A stretch of DNA of 64,000 nt from Myxococcota bacterium (GCA_041687695.1 JAWLBL010000010.1:130676-194675); one strand, 5' to 3'; numbered from the stretch's first letter, positions 1 to 11,291 are shown. Notes: generated by a model not told the origin, from the letters alone. Numbers and translations: made by a program.

Positions 1-467
1 ACGATGTCCGGTTGAATGGGCAGCTCGCGGTGGCCGCGGTCGACCAGCACCGCCAGGCGGATCCAGCGGGGCCGCCCGTAGTCGATGATGGCGTCCAGGG
101 CGCTGCGCACCGTGCGGCCCGTGTACAGCACGTCGTCGACCAGCACCATCTTCGACCCGGTGATGTCGAAGGGCAGCTCGGTCCGTCCGACCACCGGGTG
201 CGGCAGCCCGATGAGCACGTCGTCGCGGTACAGGGTGATGTCGATCATCCCCTCGGCCGGGCGCACGCCCTCGTCCTCGGCGATGAAGTCGGCCAGGCGC
301 TCGGCCAGGTGGACGCCGCCGGTGTGGATGCCGACGATGGCCAGATCGGTCACGCCGCCGGCGCCCTCGACGATCTCGCGCGCCATGCGCTTGAGCGCTC
401 GCCGCACGCCTGGCCCGTCGAGCAGCACCCTCTTCAACGTCAGGCCTGGTGTCGTCGTCGGTGTCAT
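1..467 (-). CDS. pyrR: Bifunctional pyrimidine regulator / uracil phosphoribosyltransferase PyrR (3' end runs off the window)
   Basis: Manual translation (not in ORF track): [34 protein letters not shown]...[24 protein letters not shown]...[19 protein letters not shown]. Contains the PRTase PRPP loop and the DRGHRELPI motif. ATG overlaps the lepB stop (TGATG). Confidence 0.93.
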   Translation of the reverse strand, partial: MTPTTTPGLTLKRVLLDGPGVRRALKRMAREIVEGAGGVTDLAIVGIHTGGVHLAERLADFIAEDEGVRPAEGMIDITLYRDDVLIGLPHPVVGRTELPFDITGSKMVLVDDVLYTGRTVRSALDAIIDYGRPRWIRLAVLVDRGHRELPIQPDI

Positions 468-1555
468 CACGGTAACCACGTGCCCATGCGAGACAGATCG
501 ACCGAGCCGCCGTCGAAGGCCCACCAGATGAGGAAGGCCTTGCCCTTGACGCGCTCGTAGGGGACCAGCCCCCAGAACCGCCCGTCCTTCGAGCGGTCTC
601 GGTTGTCACCCATGACCATGACGTGGCCCTCGGGGACCACCACGTCCGGCCAGGCCGGGTTCTCGGCCGCCTCGCCGAAGTAGGCGCCGGGGCGCGGGTC
701 GCCCGGGTCGCGCACCGGCCAGTCCGGGCTGTTCTCGCAGCCCCAGATGGGCGCGTGCCCCGGCGGTCGCCGCATGTGCTGGGTCAGGTAGGTCTTGCCG
801 TCGAGGGTCTCGCGCTGCAGCACGCAGGGGCACTTCGGTCCGACGAGGCCGTCCTCGTTGTCGCTGGCGTCGCACCAGGCGTCGCCGTCGACGACCTCGG
901 TCGGGACGGGCTCGCCGTTGAGCCACAGGACGTTGTCCTGCAGGCGCACCCGGTCGCCGGGCACCGCGACGACCCGCTTGATGAAGTCCTCTCCGTCGTG
1001 CTTGTCGCCCGCCAGCACGAACTTGAAGACGACGACGTCGCCGCGCTCGGGCTGCGACCACTCGATGAAGCGCTTGGGTGAAAACGGCACGTACAGGCCG
1101 TAGCCGATCTTGTTGACGAACAGGTGGTCGCCGACCTGCAGCGTCGGGATCATCGAGCCGCTGGGTATCGAGAAGGCCTCGAAGAGCAGGGCGCGGATGA
1201 CCAGCGCGATGCCGAAGGCCCAGGCGATGCTCTCGACGTACTCGCGCAGCACCGTCTTGCGGTAGCGGCCCAGGTGCGTCCCAAGGCTGTCGTCGAGGGC
1301 GTCCGACGCCGTCGCGAGCGCGCGGGCGTCCACGTCCTTGCGCTCGCGCGTGGGCAGCAGCTGGTTGACGACGGCCAGCTGCTCGCCGACCTGTCGCGCC
1401 GACTCGGGGGGCACCCGGCCGCCGTGCTTTTTGAGCAGGACCGACGCCTCGCGGACCAGCTCGCGGGCGCGGCGCACGGCCTTGCGCGGTGAGGGCACGT
1501 CGCGGGACCCTCCGGCCGCCGGGCGCTTGTCGGCATCCTTGGCGGCAGGGCTCAT
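467..1555 (-). CDS. lepB: Signal peptidase I with N-terminal extension
   Basis: [10 protein letters not shown] (catalytic Ser), DFIKRV (catalytic Lys), [15 protein letters not shown]; one TM segment; follows lepA. ATG at 1555 preferred over the TTG at 1615. Confidence 0.95.
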   Translation of the reverse strand: MSPAAKDADKRPAAGGSRDVPSPRKAVRRARELVREASVLLKKHGGRVPPESARQVGEQLAVVNQLLPTRERKDVDARALATASDALDDSLGTHLGRYRKTVLREYVESIAWAFGIALVIRALLFEAFSIPSGSMIPTLQVGDHLFVNKIGYGLYVPFSPKRFIEWSQPERGDVVVFKFVLAGDKHDGEDFIKRVVAVPGDRVRLQDNVLWLNGEPVPTEVVDGDAWCDASDNEDGLVGPKCPCVLQRETLDGKTYLTQHMRRPPGHAPIWGCENSPDWPVRDPGDPRPGAYFGEAAENPAWPDVVVPEGHVMVMGDNRDRSKDGRFWGLVPYERVKGKAFLIWWAFDGGSVDLSRMGTWLP

Positions 1556-1591
1556 GCAGTCTCCGGGAGGGGCGAGGGCGACAGCGCGCGC

Positions 1592-1620
1592 GTTATAGGA
1601 TCCGCTCTGCGGCAAGTCAA
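1592..1620 (-). promoter_or_regulatory. Putative sigma70 promoter for lepB-pyrR
   Basis: Minus strand TTGACT-17 nt-TATAAC, about 35 nt upstream of the lepB ATG. Confidence 0.5.
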
Positions 1621-1727
1621 CGACGTCACAGGACCCCCTGCAGGCTCGGGCGGAGCCAACAACAGAGCCCGCCCGCGTCGATTCCCGGCGCGGTCCACGC
1701 CCGAACGGGCAGGACGCGCCCGCCCGC

Positions 1728-3554
<1,827 letters not shown>

Positions 3555-3753
3555 GGTCTCCCTGGGGCCCTGTCACGGCGCCGTCGGCGGCGCGCGCAGG
3601 GTGGACATCGGGGCCGCGGCGTGGGGGGGAGGGCGAGGCATGGGCCCGCGGCCCCCGCGGCGCGTGTCATGTAATCGATCCGCGAGGCGGCGTCACCGGG
3701 AAAGGGCTCGGGGGAGCCCCACCGGCGTCCGGACGCGCGGCCGCTGACGAGAG

Positions 3754-3939
3754 TCACGGATCGTCGCCGAGCAACCCCAGCTGCCGCGGAATCCTTTCCT
3801 TGTGGCGCTCGAGGACGAGGTCGATGCCCTCGCGGATGAACTTGGCCATCGGCACGCCGGTCGCCTGGCTGAGGAGCTTCAACTGCCGGTCCTGCTCGGC
3901 CGTGATGTAGATGGTCGTCGTGACCTTCCGCTCGCTCAT
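3754..3939 (-). CDS. cdbA: Ribbon-helix-helix DNA-binding protein, CdbA-like
   Basis: 61 aa MSERKVTTTIYITAEQDRQLKLLSQATGVPMAKFIREGIDLVL...: beta-strand TTIYIT plus two helices and IREGIDLVL, recalled as the pattern of myxobacterial CdbA/CdbB. Confidence 0.7.
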   Translation of the reverse strand: MSERKVTTTIYITAEQDRQLKLLSQATGVPMAKFIREGIDLVLERHKERIPRQLGLLGDDP

Positions 3940-4018
3940 CGATCCCTCCGGTCGCCCCGCTGAGCCGATTATCGATAAGTGCGGGAAAACCCTCAAAAAA
4001 ATCAGCCATGCCAGGCGC

Positions 4019-4047
4019 TTGTCTTGGGGCCTCCCTGAGTCTATAGT
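4019..4047 (+). promoter_or_regulatory. Putative sigma70 promoter for the S1-domain gene
   Basis: TTGTCT-17 nt-TATAGT, about 40 nt upstream of ATG 4089. Confidence 0.55.
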
Positions 4048-4088
4048 CCCGCACCCTTCGACCAGCGGGAATCAGCGGGTTGCGAACG

Positions 4089-5909
4089 ATGAGCTCCGAC
4101 GAAAAGAACACGCCTGACGAACAGCCCACCGCCGGACAGGCGGCGCCCGAGACCTTCGAGACCACGGTCCAGCCGGGCGCTCGCACCGTCTCCGCCGACG
4201 AACAGGGCCTGAGCGCCGGCGCCACCGCCACGCCCGAGGTCGCCGTCGTGGGCCAGGGCGAGCGCGAGCAAGCGCCCGCCGCCGAGCCCGAGGCTGCGCC
4301 CGCCGCGCCCGTGGTCGACCCCGCCGCCGAGGCCGCCGCCGAGGCCGACTTCGCCGCGATGCTGGCCGAGTCCGAGCGCGAAAAGGGCGACCGGGACGGC
4401 TTCCATCCGGGCGACCGGGTCGAGGGGACGGTCGAGGTCATCAGCCTGCACGGCCAGGAGGTCTTCCTGGATCTCGGCGGCAAGGCGACCGGCTACATCC
4501 TGAAGGAGGAGCTGCGCGACGAGGAGGGCAACCTCACCGTGGCGCAGGGCGACCGCATCGAGGGCGTCGTCGTCGGCACCGACTCGAACGGCGTGCGCAT
4601 CCGGCGGACGCTGGCGCGGGTCGGGGGCGATCTCAAGGCGCTGCGCGAGGCGGCCGACGCCGGCATCCCCGTCGAGGGCAAGGTCGTCGGGACCAACAAG
4701 GGCGGCTACGACGTGCTGGTGGCGGGCGGGCGCGGCTTCTGCCCCCACAGCCAGATCGATCTGTACCGCATCGAGGACCCCGAGACGCTGGTCGGGCGCA
4801 CCTTCAGCTTCAAGGTGACCGAGATCCGCGGCGGCACGCCGGTCCTGTCGCGCGCCGCGGTGCTCAAGGCCGAGCAGGCCGAGAAGGCCGCCGAGATCCG
4901 CGAGAAGCTGCAGCCTGGCGCCCGCATGACGGGGATCGTGCGCAGCATCCAGAAGTACGGCGCCTTCGTGGACCTCGGCGGCGTCGACGGGCTGGTGCAC
5001 GTCAGCGAGCTGTCCTGGGGCCGCGTCGAGGACCCGCACGAGGTCGTCCAGCTCGGCCAGGAGGTCGAGGTCGTCATCCTCGAGCTCGACACCAAGCGGG
5101 ATCGCGTCGCGCTGTCGCTGCGCAAGGCGCAGAAGGACCCGTACGAGGAGGCCGTCGAGGGCCTGCAGATCGGGCAGTCCGTCGAGGGGACGGTCGCGCG
5201 GCTGACCAACTTTGGCGCCTTCGTGACCCTCGCGCCCGAGGTGGACGGCCTCATCCACATCTCGGACATGGCGCACTACCGCGTGCGCAGCCCCAAGGAC
5301 CTCCTGTCGGTGGGCGATCGGGTCGAGGCGAAGATCACCGAGATCGACCTCGAGCGGCGCCGCATTGGCCTGAGCCTCAAGGCGATGGCCGCCGACCCGT
5401 GGGAGGACATCGAGTCCCGCTACCAGGTCAACCAGACCGTGACGGGCAAGGTGGCCAGCATCCAGCCGTTCGGCGTCTTCGTGGACCTCGAGCCGGGCGT
5501 GACGGCGCTGCTGCCGGCGTCCGAGTCGGGGACCGGCGTGGGCGAGAACCTGCGGGCGCACTTCAAGCCGGGCTCCGAGATCGAGGTGCGCGTGATGCGC
5601 ATCGAGCCGGGCGACAAGAAGATGGCCGTCACCAAGCGCGCCGAGGGCGAGGTCGACACCGGCCGTCGCGGCCCGGGCGGCCCGGGCGGGCCGGGCGACC
5701 GCCGGGGACCGCCGCGCCGCGAGGGCGATCGGGGCGGCCCGCGGGGCGACCGCGGGGACCGTGGCGACCGCGGCGACCGAGGTGGACGCGGCGGGCCGCG
5801 TGTGTGGCTCGACGAGGGCGAGGAGCCCAAGGGCAAGGACAAGGGCAAGCGCGTCGGATCCTTCGGCGAGCTGCTCCTGCAGGCCCTCAACAAGGACGAC
5901 GAGAAGTAG
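4089..5909 (+). CDS. rpsA: 30S ribosomal protein S1 family protein (five S1 domains; probably a paralog)
   Basis: Repeated S1 motifs (YGAFVDLGGVDGLVHVSELSW, FGAFVTLAPEVDGLIHISD, FGVFVDLEPGV); acidic/Ala-Pro N-terminus; RGDR-rich C-terminus ending GSFGELLLQAL. Confidence 0.8.
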   Translation: MSSDEKNTPDEQPTAGQAAPETFETTVQPGARTVSADEQGLSAGATATPEVAVVGQGEREQAPAAEPEAAPAAPVVDPAAEAAAEADFAAMLAESEREKGDRDGFHPGDRVEGTVEVISLHGQEVFLDLGGKATGYILKEELRDEEGNLTVAQGDRIEGVVVGTDSNGVRIRRTLARVGGDLKALREAADAGIPVEGKVVGTNKGGYDVLVAGGRGFCPHSQIDLYRIEDPETLVGRTFSFKVTEIRGGTPVLSRAAVLKAEQAEKAAEIREKLQPGARMTGIVRSIQKYGAFVDLGGVDGLVHVSELSWGRVEDPHEVVQLGQEVEVVILELDTKRDRVALSLRKAQKDPYEEAVEGLQIGQSVEGTVARLTNFGAFVTLAPEVDGLIHISDMAHYRVRSPKDLLSVGDRVEAKITEIDLERRRIGLSLKAMAADPWEDIESRYQVNQTVTGKVASIQPFGVFVDLEPGVTALLPASESGTGVGENLRAHFKPGSEIEVRVMRIEPGDKKMAVTKRAEGEVDTGRRGPGGPGGPGDRRGPPRREGDRGGPRGDRGDRGDRGDRGGRGGPRVWLDEGEEPKGKDKGKRVGSFGELLLQALNKDDEK

Positions 5910-5911
5910 CG

Positions 5912-6580
5912 GTGGCGCCGGGCTCGAGGCCGGGCGGAGCCGGGGGGCGCGTCGTCGGCCCCTGGGCGCTCGCGCTGGCCTGGTGCCTGGCCGCGACCGC
6001 AGGGTGCACGGAGTGGCTCGAGGTGCCCGGCCCCGCGTCGGACGCCGCCGTCGCGCCCGACGCGACCGCCGAGTCGGCGTCCCTGCCCAGCCTCGGCGCC
6101 CGCGCCGACGCGCCGGGGCCGCTGGTGCCCTCGACGCCGGGGCTGCGCGTGCCGGGCGGCTACTGGGCGCGTGTGCGGTTGGACGTCGCCGACCTGCTGC
6201 TGCCCCACGCCTGGGCCGGCTTCCTCGAGACCGAGGACGGGCTCGTGCTGCGGATCGAGGCGGTGGGCGGGCCGGCCTCGGGCGACGGCGCGTCGCCGAC
6301 CCCGACGCTGCGGGCGGTCGTGCCGATCCGGCTGCCCGAGCCCGCCGCCCCCGAGGCGCTCGGCGGCCTGACCCTCGGCCCCGAGGCGCTGGCCGAGGCG
6401 GTGGTGGGGTTGCGAACGACCCCGCGGAGCAGCTGGCTCGTGACCCCCGAGCGGCTGGTCATCGAGGCGGTGGGCCCGCAGGTGGTCAAGGGCACCCTCG
6501 AGGGCACCGCCCGACGCGGCACCCGTTCACCTTCCTCGCGCCCGGTGCGCGTCGCCTTCGTGGCCTTGCGCGCCCCCTAG
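5912..6580 (+). CDS. Hypothetical lipoprotein
   Basis: GTG 2 nt after the S1 stop; hydrophobic stretch WALALAWCLAATAG-C resembles a lipobox; high GC3 in this frame. Start uncertain. Confidence 0.6.
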   Translation: MAPGSRPGGAGGRVVGPWALALAWCLAATAGCTEWLEVPGPASDAAVAPDATAESASLPSLGARADAPGPLVPSTPGLRVPGGYWARVRLDVADLLLPHAWAGFLETEDGLVLRIEAVGGPASGDGASPTPTLRAVVPIRLPEPAAPEALGGLTLGPEALAEAVVGLRTTPRSSWLVTPERLVIEAVGPQVVKGTLEGTARRGTRSPSSRPVRVAFVALRAP

Positions 6581-6589
6581 CCACTCCGA

Positions 6590-6745
6590 CCCCGGCTCTC
6601 GGCCCCGGCTCTCGGCCCCGGCTCTCGGCCACGGCTCTCGGCCACGGCTCTCGGCCACGGCTCTCGGCCACGGCCACGCTCACGGCCACGGCCACGCTCA
6701 CGGCCACGCTCACGGCCACCGCAACGGCTTCGGCGACTCGCTCCC
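6590..6745. repeat. Low-complexity tandem repeat (GGCTCTCGGCCAC 13-mers and GGCCAC/GCTCAC hexamers)
   Basis: Directly visible: ggctctcggccccggctctcggccccggctctcggccacggctctcggccac...ggccacgctcacggccacggccacgctcac. Confidence 0.85.
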
Positions 6746-6787
6746 GGCCCCCGGCCCCGCGGTGATCGGGCCGCGCGACCAAGTCCA

Positions 6788-6815
6788 TTGCGTCCCCAGG
6801 CTCCCCCGCTATACT
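6788..6815 (+). promoter_or_regulatory. Putative sigma70 promoter of the lyase-ACAD-hydratase operon
   Basis: TTGCGT-16 nt-TATACT, 45 nt upstream of ATG 6861. Confidence 0.45.
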
Positions 6816-6860
6816 CCGCGGCCTGACTGAACCGTCATTCAGAACGACCGTGAGGGACGC

Positions 6861-8126
6861 ATGAGCAAGTGGGATTTGGCTCGGTATCAGGACTTCATCG
6901 CCTGGGCGACCGAGGAGCGGGACCGGCTACGGGCCAAGCGCGACGCGGCGCAAGCCAGGCTCCCGCTGAAGTTCCTGCAGCAACAGGCGCACTTCACGAC
7001 GCCGGCCTCGAACCTGGAGATGGTCACCAAGGCCGTCGAGAAGGGCTGGTCGGCGACCCCGCGCATCCTCGAGAAGATGGAGATCTCGTGGGCGCAGCTG
7101 GCCGACCACCTGGGCGTCGAGGAGGCGGCCATCCAGGACGTCCTGAACGGCGACCCGCAGTCGCCGCTGGTCATGGTGGACGGCGAGGACGCGCAGGCCC
7201 TGCGTGACGACGTGGTCGAGCGCGGGCGCGACAACGCCATCCGCGTCTTCCGCGAGGCGAGCTGGGGGCGGACCCTGCGCTTCTACCGGCCCAGCGGCCT
7301 GCGCCTGGACTACTGCGTCGAGGACCTGGCCATCGTCCTGAGCCAGGCGGCCGAGGGGCGCGCCCCCGAGGACTTCCCCATCGACGGCATCATCTGGCCC
7401 AAGGCCGAGCACCCCGACGAGCTGCGCTGGGTGGGCGACATGCTCGGCAAGCTCGAGGAGAAGATCGGCCTGCCCCACGGCCGCATCAAGATGCAGTTCC
7501 TCATCGAGAGCGGCTGGGGCCTGTGGAACCTGCCCAAGCTGGTCGAGGCGACGACCGGGCGCCTGGCCGGCCTCATCTTCGGCATCGCCGACTACGCGGC
7601 CGACATCCAGCTGCCCCACATCGTCAACGACCACCCGGTCTGCGACGTGGCGCGCGGGCTCATCGTGAACCTCGCGGGCGCCGTGGGCGTGCCGGCCATC
7701 GACAACATGACGGTCAACTACCCGGTGCCCGACCGCACCAAGAGCGCCGCCGACAACCGCCAGCTGGTCCTCGACCGCTTGAAGGAGTGCTACGACGACG
7801 CGCGCCACGGTCAGTGGCTGGGCATGAGCGGCAAGTGGGTGGGGCACCCGCTGCAGCTCTTCGTCGTCAGGCTGGCCTACCAGACGGCCCTGCCGCAGGC
7901 CGAGATCGACGCCGAGGTGCGCAAGATCGACGCCTACGACGAGGCCGTCGCCGCCGAGCTGGGCGCCACCATCATCGAGGGCGTCATGAGCGACCGCGCG
8001 ACCGACCGGCACGCGCGCAACAAGCTGCGCACGGCCGTGGCCCTGGGGCGCCTGTCGACCGACAAGGCGCTGCAGCTGGGCCTGGTCACCCAGGCCGAGG
8101 TCGACTCGCTGAACCCGACCCGCTAG
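6861..8126 (+). CDS. HpcH/HpaI/CitE-family C-C lyase (malyl-CoA / beta-methylmalyl-CoA lyase-like)
   Basis: VDGEDA, WPKAE, FLIES..GL.NL, IFGIADYAAD and GMSGKWVGHPLQ match the CitE/Mcl TIM-barrel motif series. Confidence 0.8.
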   Translation: MSKWDLARYQDFIAWATEERDRLRAKRDAAQARLPLKFLQQQAHFTTPASNLEMVTKAVEKGWSATPRILEKMEISWAQLADHLGVEEAAIQDVLNGDPQSPLVMVDGEDAQALRDDVVERGRDNAIRVFREASWGRTLRFYRPSGLRLDYCVEDLAIVLSQAAEGRAPEDFPIDGIIWPKAEHPDELRWVGDMLGKLEEKIGLPHGRIKMQFLIESGWGLWNLPKLVEATTGRLAGLIFGIADYAADIQLPHIVNDHPVCDVARGLIVNLAGAVGVPAIDNMTVNYPVPDRTKSAADNRQLVLDRLKECYDDARHGQWLGMSGKWVGHPLQLFVVRLAYQTALPQAEIDAEVRKIDAYDEAVAAELGATIIEGVMSDRATDRHARNKLRTAVALGRLSTDKALQLGLVTQAEVDSLNPTR

Positions 8127-8136
8127 GAGCTCGACC

Positions 8137-9819
8137 ATGGCGCTGTACGACAACCTGTCCGCGGCCCACGAGGCGCTGGCAGCGGCCGAGCGGCTGACGG
8201 GCGACGTCACGGACTCCCTGGCGCGCGCCGTCGACAAGGGCGGCGCGGTCTCGGTGACGCTGCTCGACCAGCGGCAGATCGAGGCCTTCCGCTACTGCAC
8301 GATGTTGGCCGAGCAGGGCGCCGCGCGCGCCATCCTGGCCTACGCCGAGCGGGTCGGAACGCCGCTGTCCCGCGGGCTGGCCACGGCCTTCGTGGCCGAG
8401 ACGGTGGCCTCGCTGGCCGCCGAGCTGCGGACGCGCCCGCGCGCCTGGGGCGTCACCGACGAGGCCATCGACGCCACCGTCGGCCGGCCCGAGGTGCGCG
8501 CCTTCGTGGCCGACGCCCTGGACGACGCCCACTGGCAGGCCGTGGCCGCCCTGGTGCGCGAGCAGAACACGGGCGACTACGGCCTCGACCGCGACCGCGA
8601 CCTCATCCGGCGCGAGTTCCGCCGCTTCGCCGAGGACAAGGTCGCGCCGGCGGCCGAGCACGTGCACCGGCACGACGACCTCATCCCGGCGTCCATCATC
8701 GAGGGGGTCAGCGAGCTGGGCTGCTTCGGGCTGTCCATCCCCGAGCAGTACGGCGGCCTGCAGCCCGACGACCAGCCCGACAACATCGGGATGTGCATCG
8801 TCACCGAGGAGCTGTCGCGCGGCAGCCTGGGCGTCGCCGGCTCGCTCATCACGCGGCCCGAGATCCTCAGCAAGGCCCTGCTCAAGGGCGGGACCGAGGC
8901 GCAGAAGCAGCAGTGGTTGCCGGCGCTGGCCAGCGGCGAGAAGCTGTGCGCCGTCGCGGTGACCGAGCCCGACTTCGGCTCGGACGTGGCGGGCCTGAAG
9001 GTCGCGGCCACCCGGACGACCGACCATGGGGGCGGCTGGCTGGTCAACGGCCAGAAGACCTGGTGCACCTTCGCTGGCTACGCCGACGTGATGATGATCC
9101 TGTGCCGCACCGACCCGGATCCGGCGGCGGGGCACAAGGGCCTGTCCATCCTGCTGGGCGAAAAGCCCCGGTTCACCGGCCACGAGTTCAACGTGGTCCA
9201 GGAGGGCGGGGGCAAGGTCAGCGGGCGCGCCATCGACACGCTCGGCTACCGGGGCATGCACTCGTTCGATCTGTTCTTCGAGGACTTCTTCATCCCCGAC
9301 GAAAACGTGATCGGCGGCGAGGCGGGGCTCGGCAAGGGCTTCTACTACCAGATGGAGGGCTTCGCGGGCGGGCGGCTGCAGACGGCGGCGCGCGCGACCG
9401 GCGTCATGCAGGCGGCGCTCGACCGGGCGCTGAGCTACTCCGCGGAGCGCAAGGTCTTCGGCAAGCCCATCGCCGACTACCAGCTGACCCAGTGGAAGCT
9501 GGCGCGCATGGCGATGCTGACCCAGACCGCGCGGCAGTTCACCTACGCCGTGGCGCAGCAGCTCGACGCTGGCGAGGGGCAGCTCGAGGCCTCGATGGTC
9601 AAGCTGTGGGCGAGCCGCGTCGCCGAGTGGGTCACGCGCGAGGCCATGCAGCTGCACGGCGGCATGGGCTACGCCGAGGAGTACGACGTCAGCCGCTACT
9701 TCGTCGACGCGCGCGTCTTCTCCATCTTCGAGGGCGCCGAGGAGACGCTGGCCCTGCGGGTCGTGGCGCGTCAGGCGCTGCAGCGGGCCCTGTCGGAGCC
9801 CGGTGGAGGTGCTGCGTGA
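8137..9819 (+). CDS. mcd: Acyl-CoA dehydrogenase, (2S)-methylsuccinyl-CoA dehydrogenase-like
   Basis: 560 aa with ~150 aa N-terminal extension; GSLITRPEI, VTEPDFGSD, LGYRGMHS, RLQTAARA.GV, QLHGGMGYAEEY..SR.FVDAR..SIFEGAEE. Operon context supports Mcd; substrate is inferred. Confidence 0.75.
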   Translation: MALYDNLSAAHEALAAAERLTGDVTDSLARAVDKGGAVSVTLLDQRQIEAFRYCTMLAEQGAARAILAYAERVGTPLSRGLATAFVAETVASLAAELRTRPRAWGVTDEAIDATVGRPEVRAFVADALDDAHWQAVAALVREQNTGDYGLDRDRDLIRREFRRFAEDKVAPAAEHVHRHDDLIPASIIEGVSELGCFGLSIPEQYGGLQPDDQPDNIGMCIVTEELSRGSLGVAGSLITRPEILSKALLKGGTEAQKQQWLPALASGEKLCAVAVTEPDFGSDVAGLKVAATRTTDHGGGWLVNGQKTWCTFAGYADVMMILCRTDPDPAAGHKGLSILLGEKPRFTGHEFNVVQEGGGKVSGRAIDTLGYRGMHSFDLFFEDFFIPDENVIGGEAGLGKGFYYQMEGFAGGRLQTAARATGVMQAALDRALSYSAERKVFGKPIADYQLTQWKLARMAMLTQTARQFTYAVAQQLDAGEGQLEASMVKLWASRVAEWVTREAMQLHGGMGYAEEYDVSRYFVDARVFSIFEGAEETLALRVVARQALQRALSEPGGGAA

Positions 9820-11024
9820 CGCAGTCCGGTCCGTTCCACCTCGACGTCGCCCCCTACGAGACCCTGGCGGGGCGCACGCCCATCTCGCTCGAGGACGTGC
9901 GCCGCCCCGACTACGGCCACTTCCTCGAGGACTTCGTCCCGGGCACGGTCTTCCTCCATCCGCGCGGCATCACCCTCGATCGCGGGATGATGCTGGCCTA
10001 CGCGACCACCTTCATGGAGGCCAACCCGCTGTACCTGAACGAGGCCTTCGCCGTCTCGCAGGGTTACGACAGCTTGCCCGCCGCGCCGCACCTGGTGATG
10101 AACCTGGCGCTGTCGCTGGGCGTGCAGAACGACAGCGAGAAGGCCATCGCGAACCTGGGGTACTACGACGTCCGCTTCCTGCGGCCCGTCTACGCCGGCG
10201 ACACGCTGACCGGCATGACCCGGGTCGCCGACCGCAAGGACCGCGGCCCCGGCAAGCCCGGCATAGCGACCATCGAGACGCTGGCCCAGAACCAGCGCGG
10301 CCAGGTGGTCATCCAGTACCGCCGCAAGGTCTTCGTGCCTCGCCGCGGCGATGGCCCCATCGACCCGGCGGCACGGGCCGACGCATCGACGCAGGCCGAG
10401 TTCCCCTACCAGGCTCGGCCGAGCCTGGTCATCCCCAAGCCCAGCCTCGGCGCCGCTCGTCCCACGCCCGGGCTGACCCTGGCGGACACGCTGTTCGACC
10501 GCTTCCGGCCCGGGCAGATCATCGTGCACCCCAACGGCCGCACGGTGACCGACGAGCACGTCACCTGGACCTACCGGGTGATGAACACGCATCCGCTGCA
10601 CTACGATCGCCTGTACTCGACCGCCCAGCAGGGCCCGATGTCGGGCGAGCCCATCGTCTACGGCGGGCTGGTCTTCGCGTGGCTGCTGGGCCTGGCCAGC
10701 CGCGACGCGACCGACAACGCCGTGTGGGAGCTGGGCTTCCACGACGGCTACCACACCCAGCCCACCTTCGCGGGCGACACCATCGGCGCGCTGACCCGCG
10801 TGCTGTCGGTCGAGCCGTTCGACGCCGGCGACGGCAAGCCGCGCGGCAAAGTGCGCATGCAGCTGGTCGGGGTGAAGAACCTGCGGGCCGCCGCGGCGCT
10901 CGACCAGTACGGCGCCGAGCTGTTCGAGCTCGAGAACGACAAGCGGGGCGCCGGCAAGGAGAAGATCCCCGAGAAGATCTTCGAGATCGAGCGCGAGGTG
11001 CTGGTGCGGGGCGAGCTGCCCTAG
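9816..11024 (+). CDS. mch: Double-hotdog MaoC dehydratase, mesaconyl-CoA (2-methylfumaryl-CoA) hydratase-like
   Basis: GTG overlaps the ACAD stop (GTGA). Two MaoC halves: YGHFLEDF...NPLY...AIANLGYYDVRFLRPVYAGDTL and FDRFRPGQIIVH...RTVTD...NTHPLHYD...PTFAGDTI. Confidence 0.75.
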   Translation: MTQSGPFHLDVAPYETLAGRTPISLEDVRRPDYGHFLEDFVPGTVFLHPRGITLDRGMMLAYATTFMEANPLYLNEAFAVSQGYDSLPAAPHLVMNLALSLGVQNDSEKAIANLGYYDVRFLRPVYAGDTLTGMTRVADRKDRGPGKPGIATIETLAQNQRGQVVIQYRRKVFVPRRGDGPIDPAARADASTQAEFPYQARPSLVIPKPSLGAARPTPGLTLADTLFDRFRPGQIIVHPNGRTVTDEHVTWTYRVMNTHPLHYDRLYSTAQQGPMSGEPIVYGGLVFAWLLGLASRDATDNAVWELGFHDGYHTQPTFAGDTIGALTRVLSVEPFDAGDGKPRGKVRMQLVGVKNLRAAAALDQYGAELFELENDKRGAGKEKIPEKIFEIEREVLVRGELP

Positions 11025-11059
11025 CTGGCGATCGTCGCGGCAGCCCGTGGTCCGCTTGC

Positions 11060-11130
11060 CGTGGGCAACGGCCACGGCACGGCCACGGTCCCACGGCCAC
11101 GGCCACGGCAGCGGGTCCCCGGCCACGGCA
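11060..11130. repeat. Short ACGGCC-hexamer repeat tract (same family as 6590-6745 and 55298-55748)
   Basis: ggcaacggccacggcacggccacggtcccacggccacggccacggc. Confidence 0.7.
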
Positions 11131-11159
11131 GCTTGTCTCCGGCTCCCAGCTGAGACCCC

Positions 11160-11195
11160 AAAAAAAAGAGGGCAGACCCGAAGGTCTACCCTCTT
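11160..11195 (-). terminator. Rho-independent terminator of the methyltransferase gene
   Basis: Minus strand AAGAGGGUAGACC-UUCG-GGUCUGCCCUCUU followed by a U-run: 13-bp stem with one G-U pair and a cUUCGg tetraloop. Confidence 0.9.
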
Positions 11196-11291
11196 GCACA
11201 CGCGGCGCGGGGCCGGCGCGTCTCATGAGCCCCGAGCTGAAGGGGGCCGGCCGCGCGCGCGTGTCGTCGTCGCCGTGTCGGGCCGGGGCGG

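Noticed and set aside
8793..9815. N-terminal extension of the MaoC ORF (similar extensions at 5399, 12130, 22449, 27670, 33633, 46154)
   Set aside because: They overlap real genes or intergenic DNA in Arg/Pro/Gly-rich junk frames; downstream starts with RBS or stop-start overlaps fit better.
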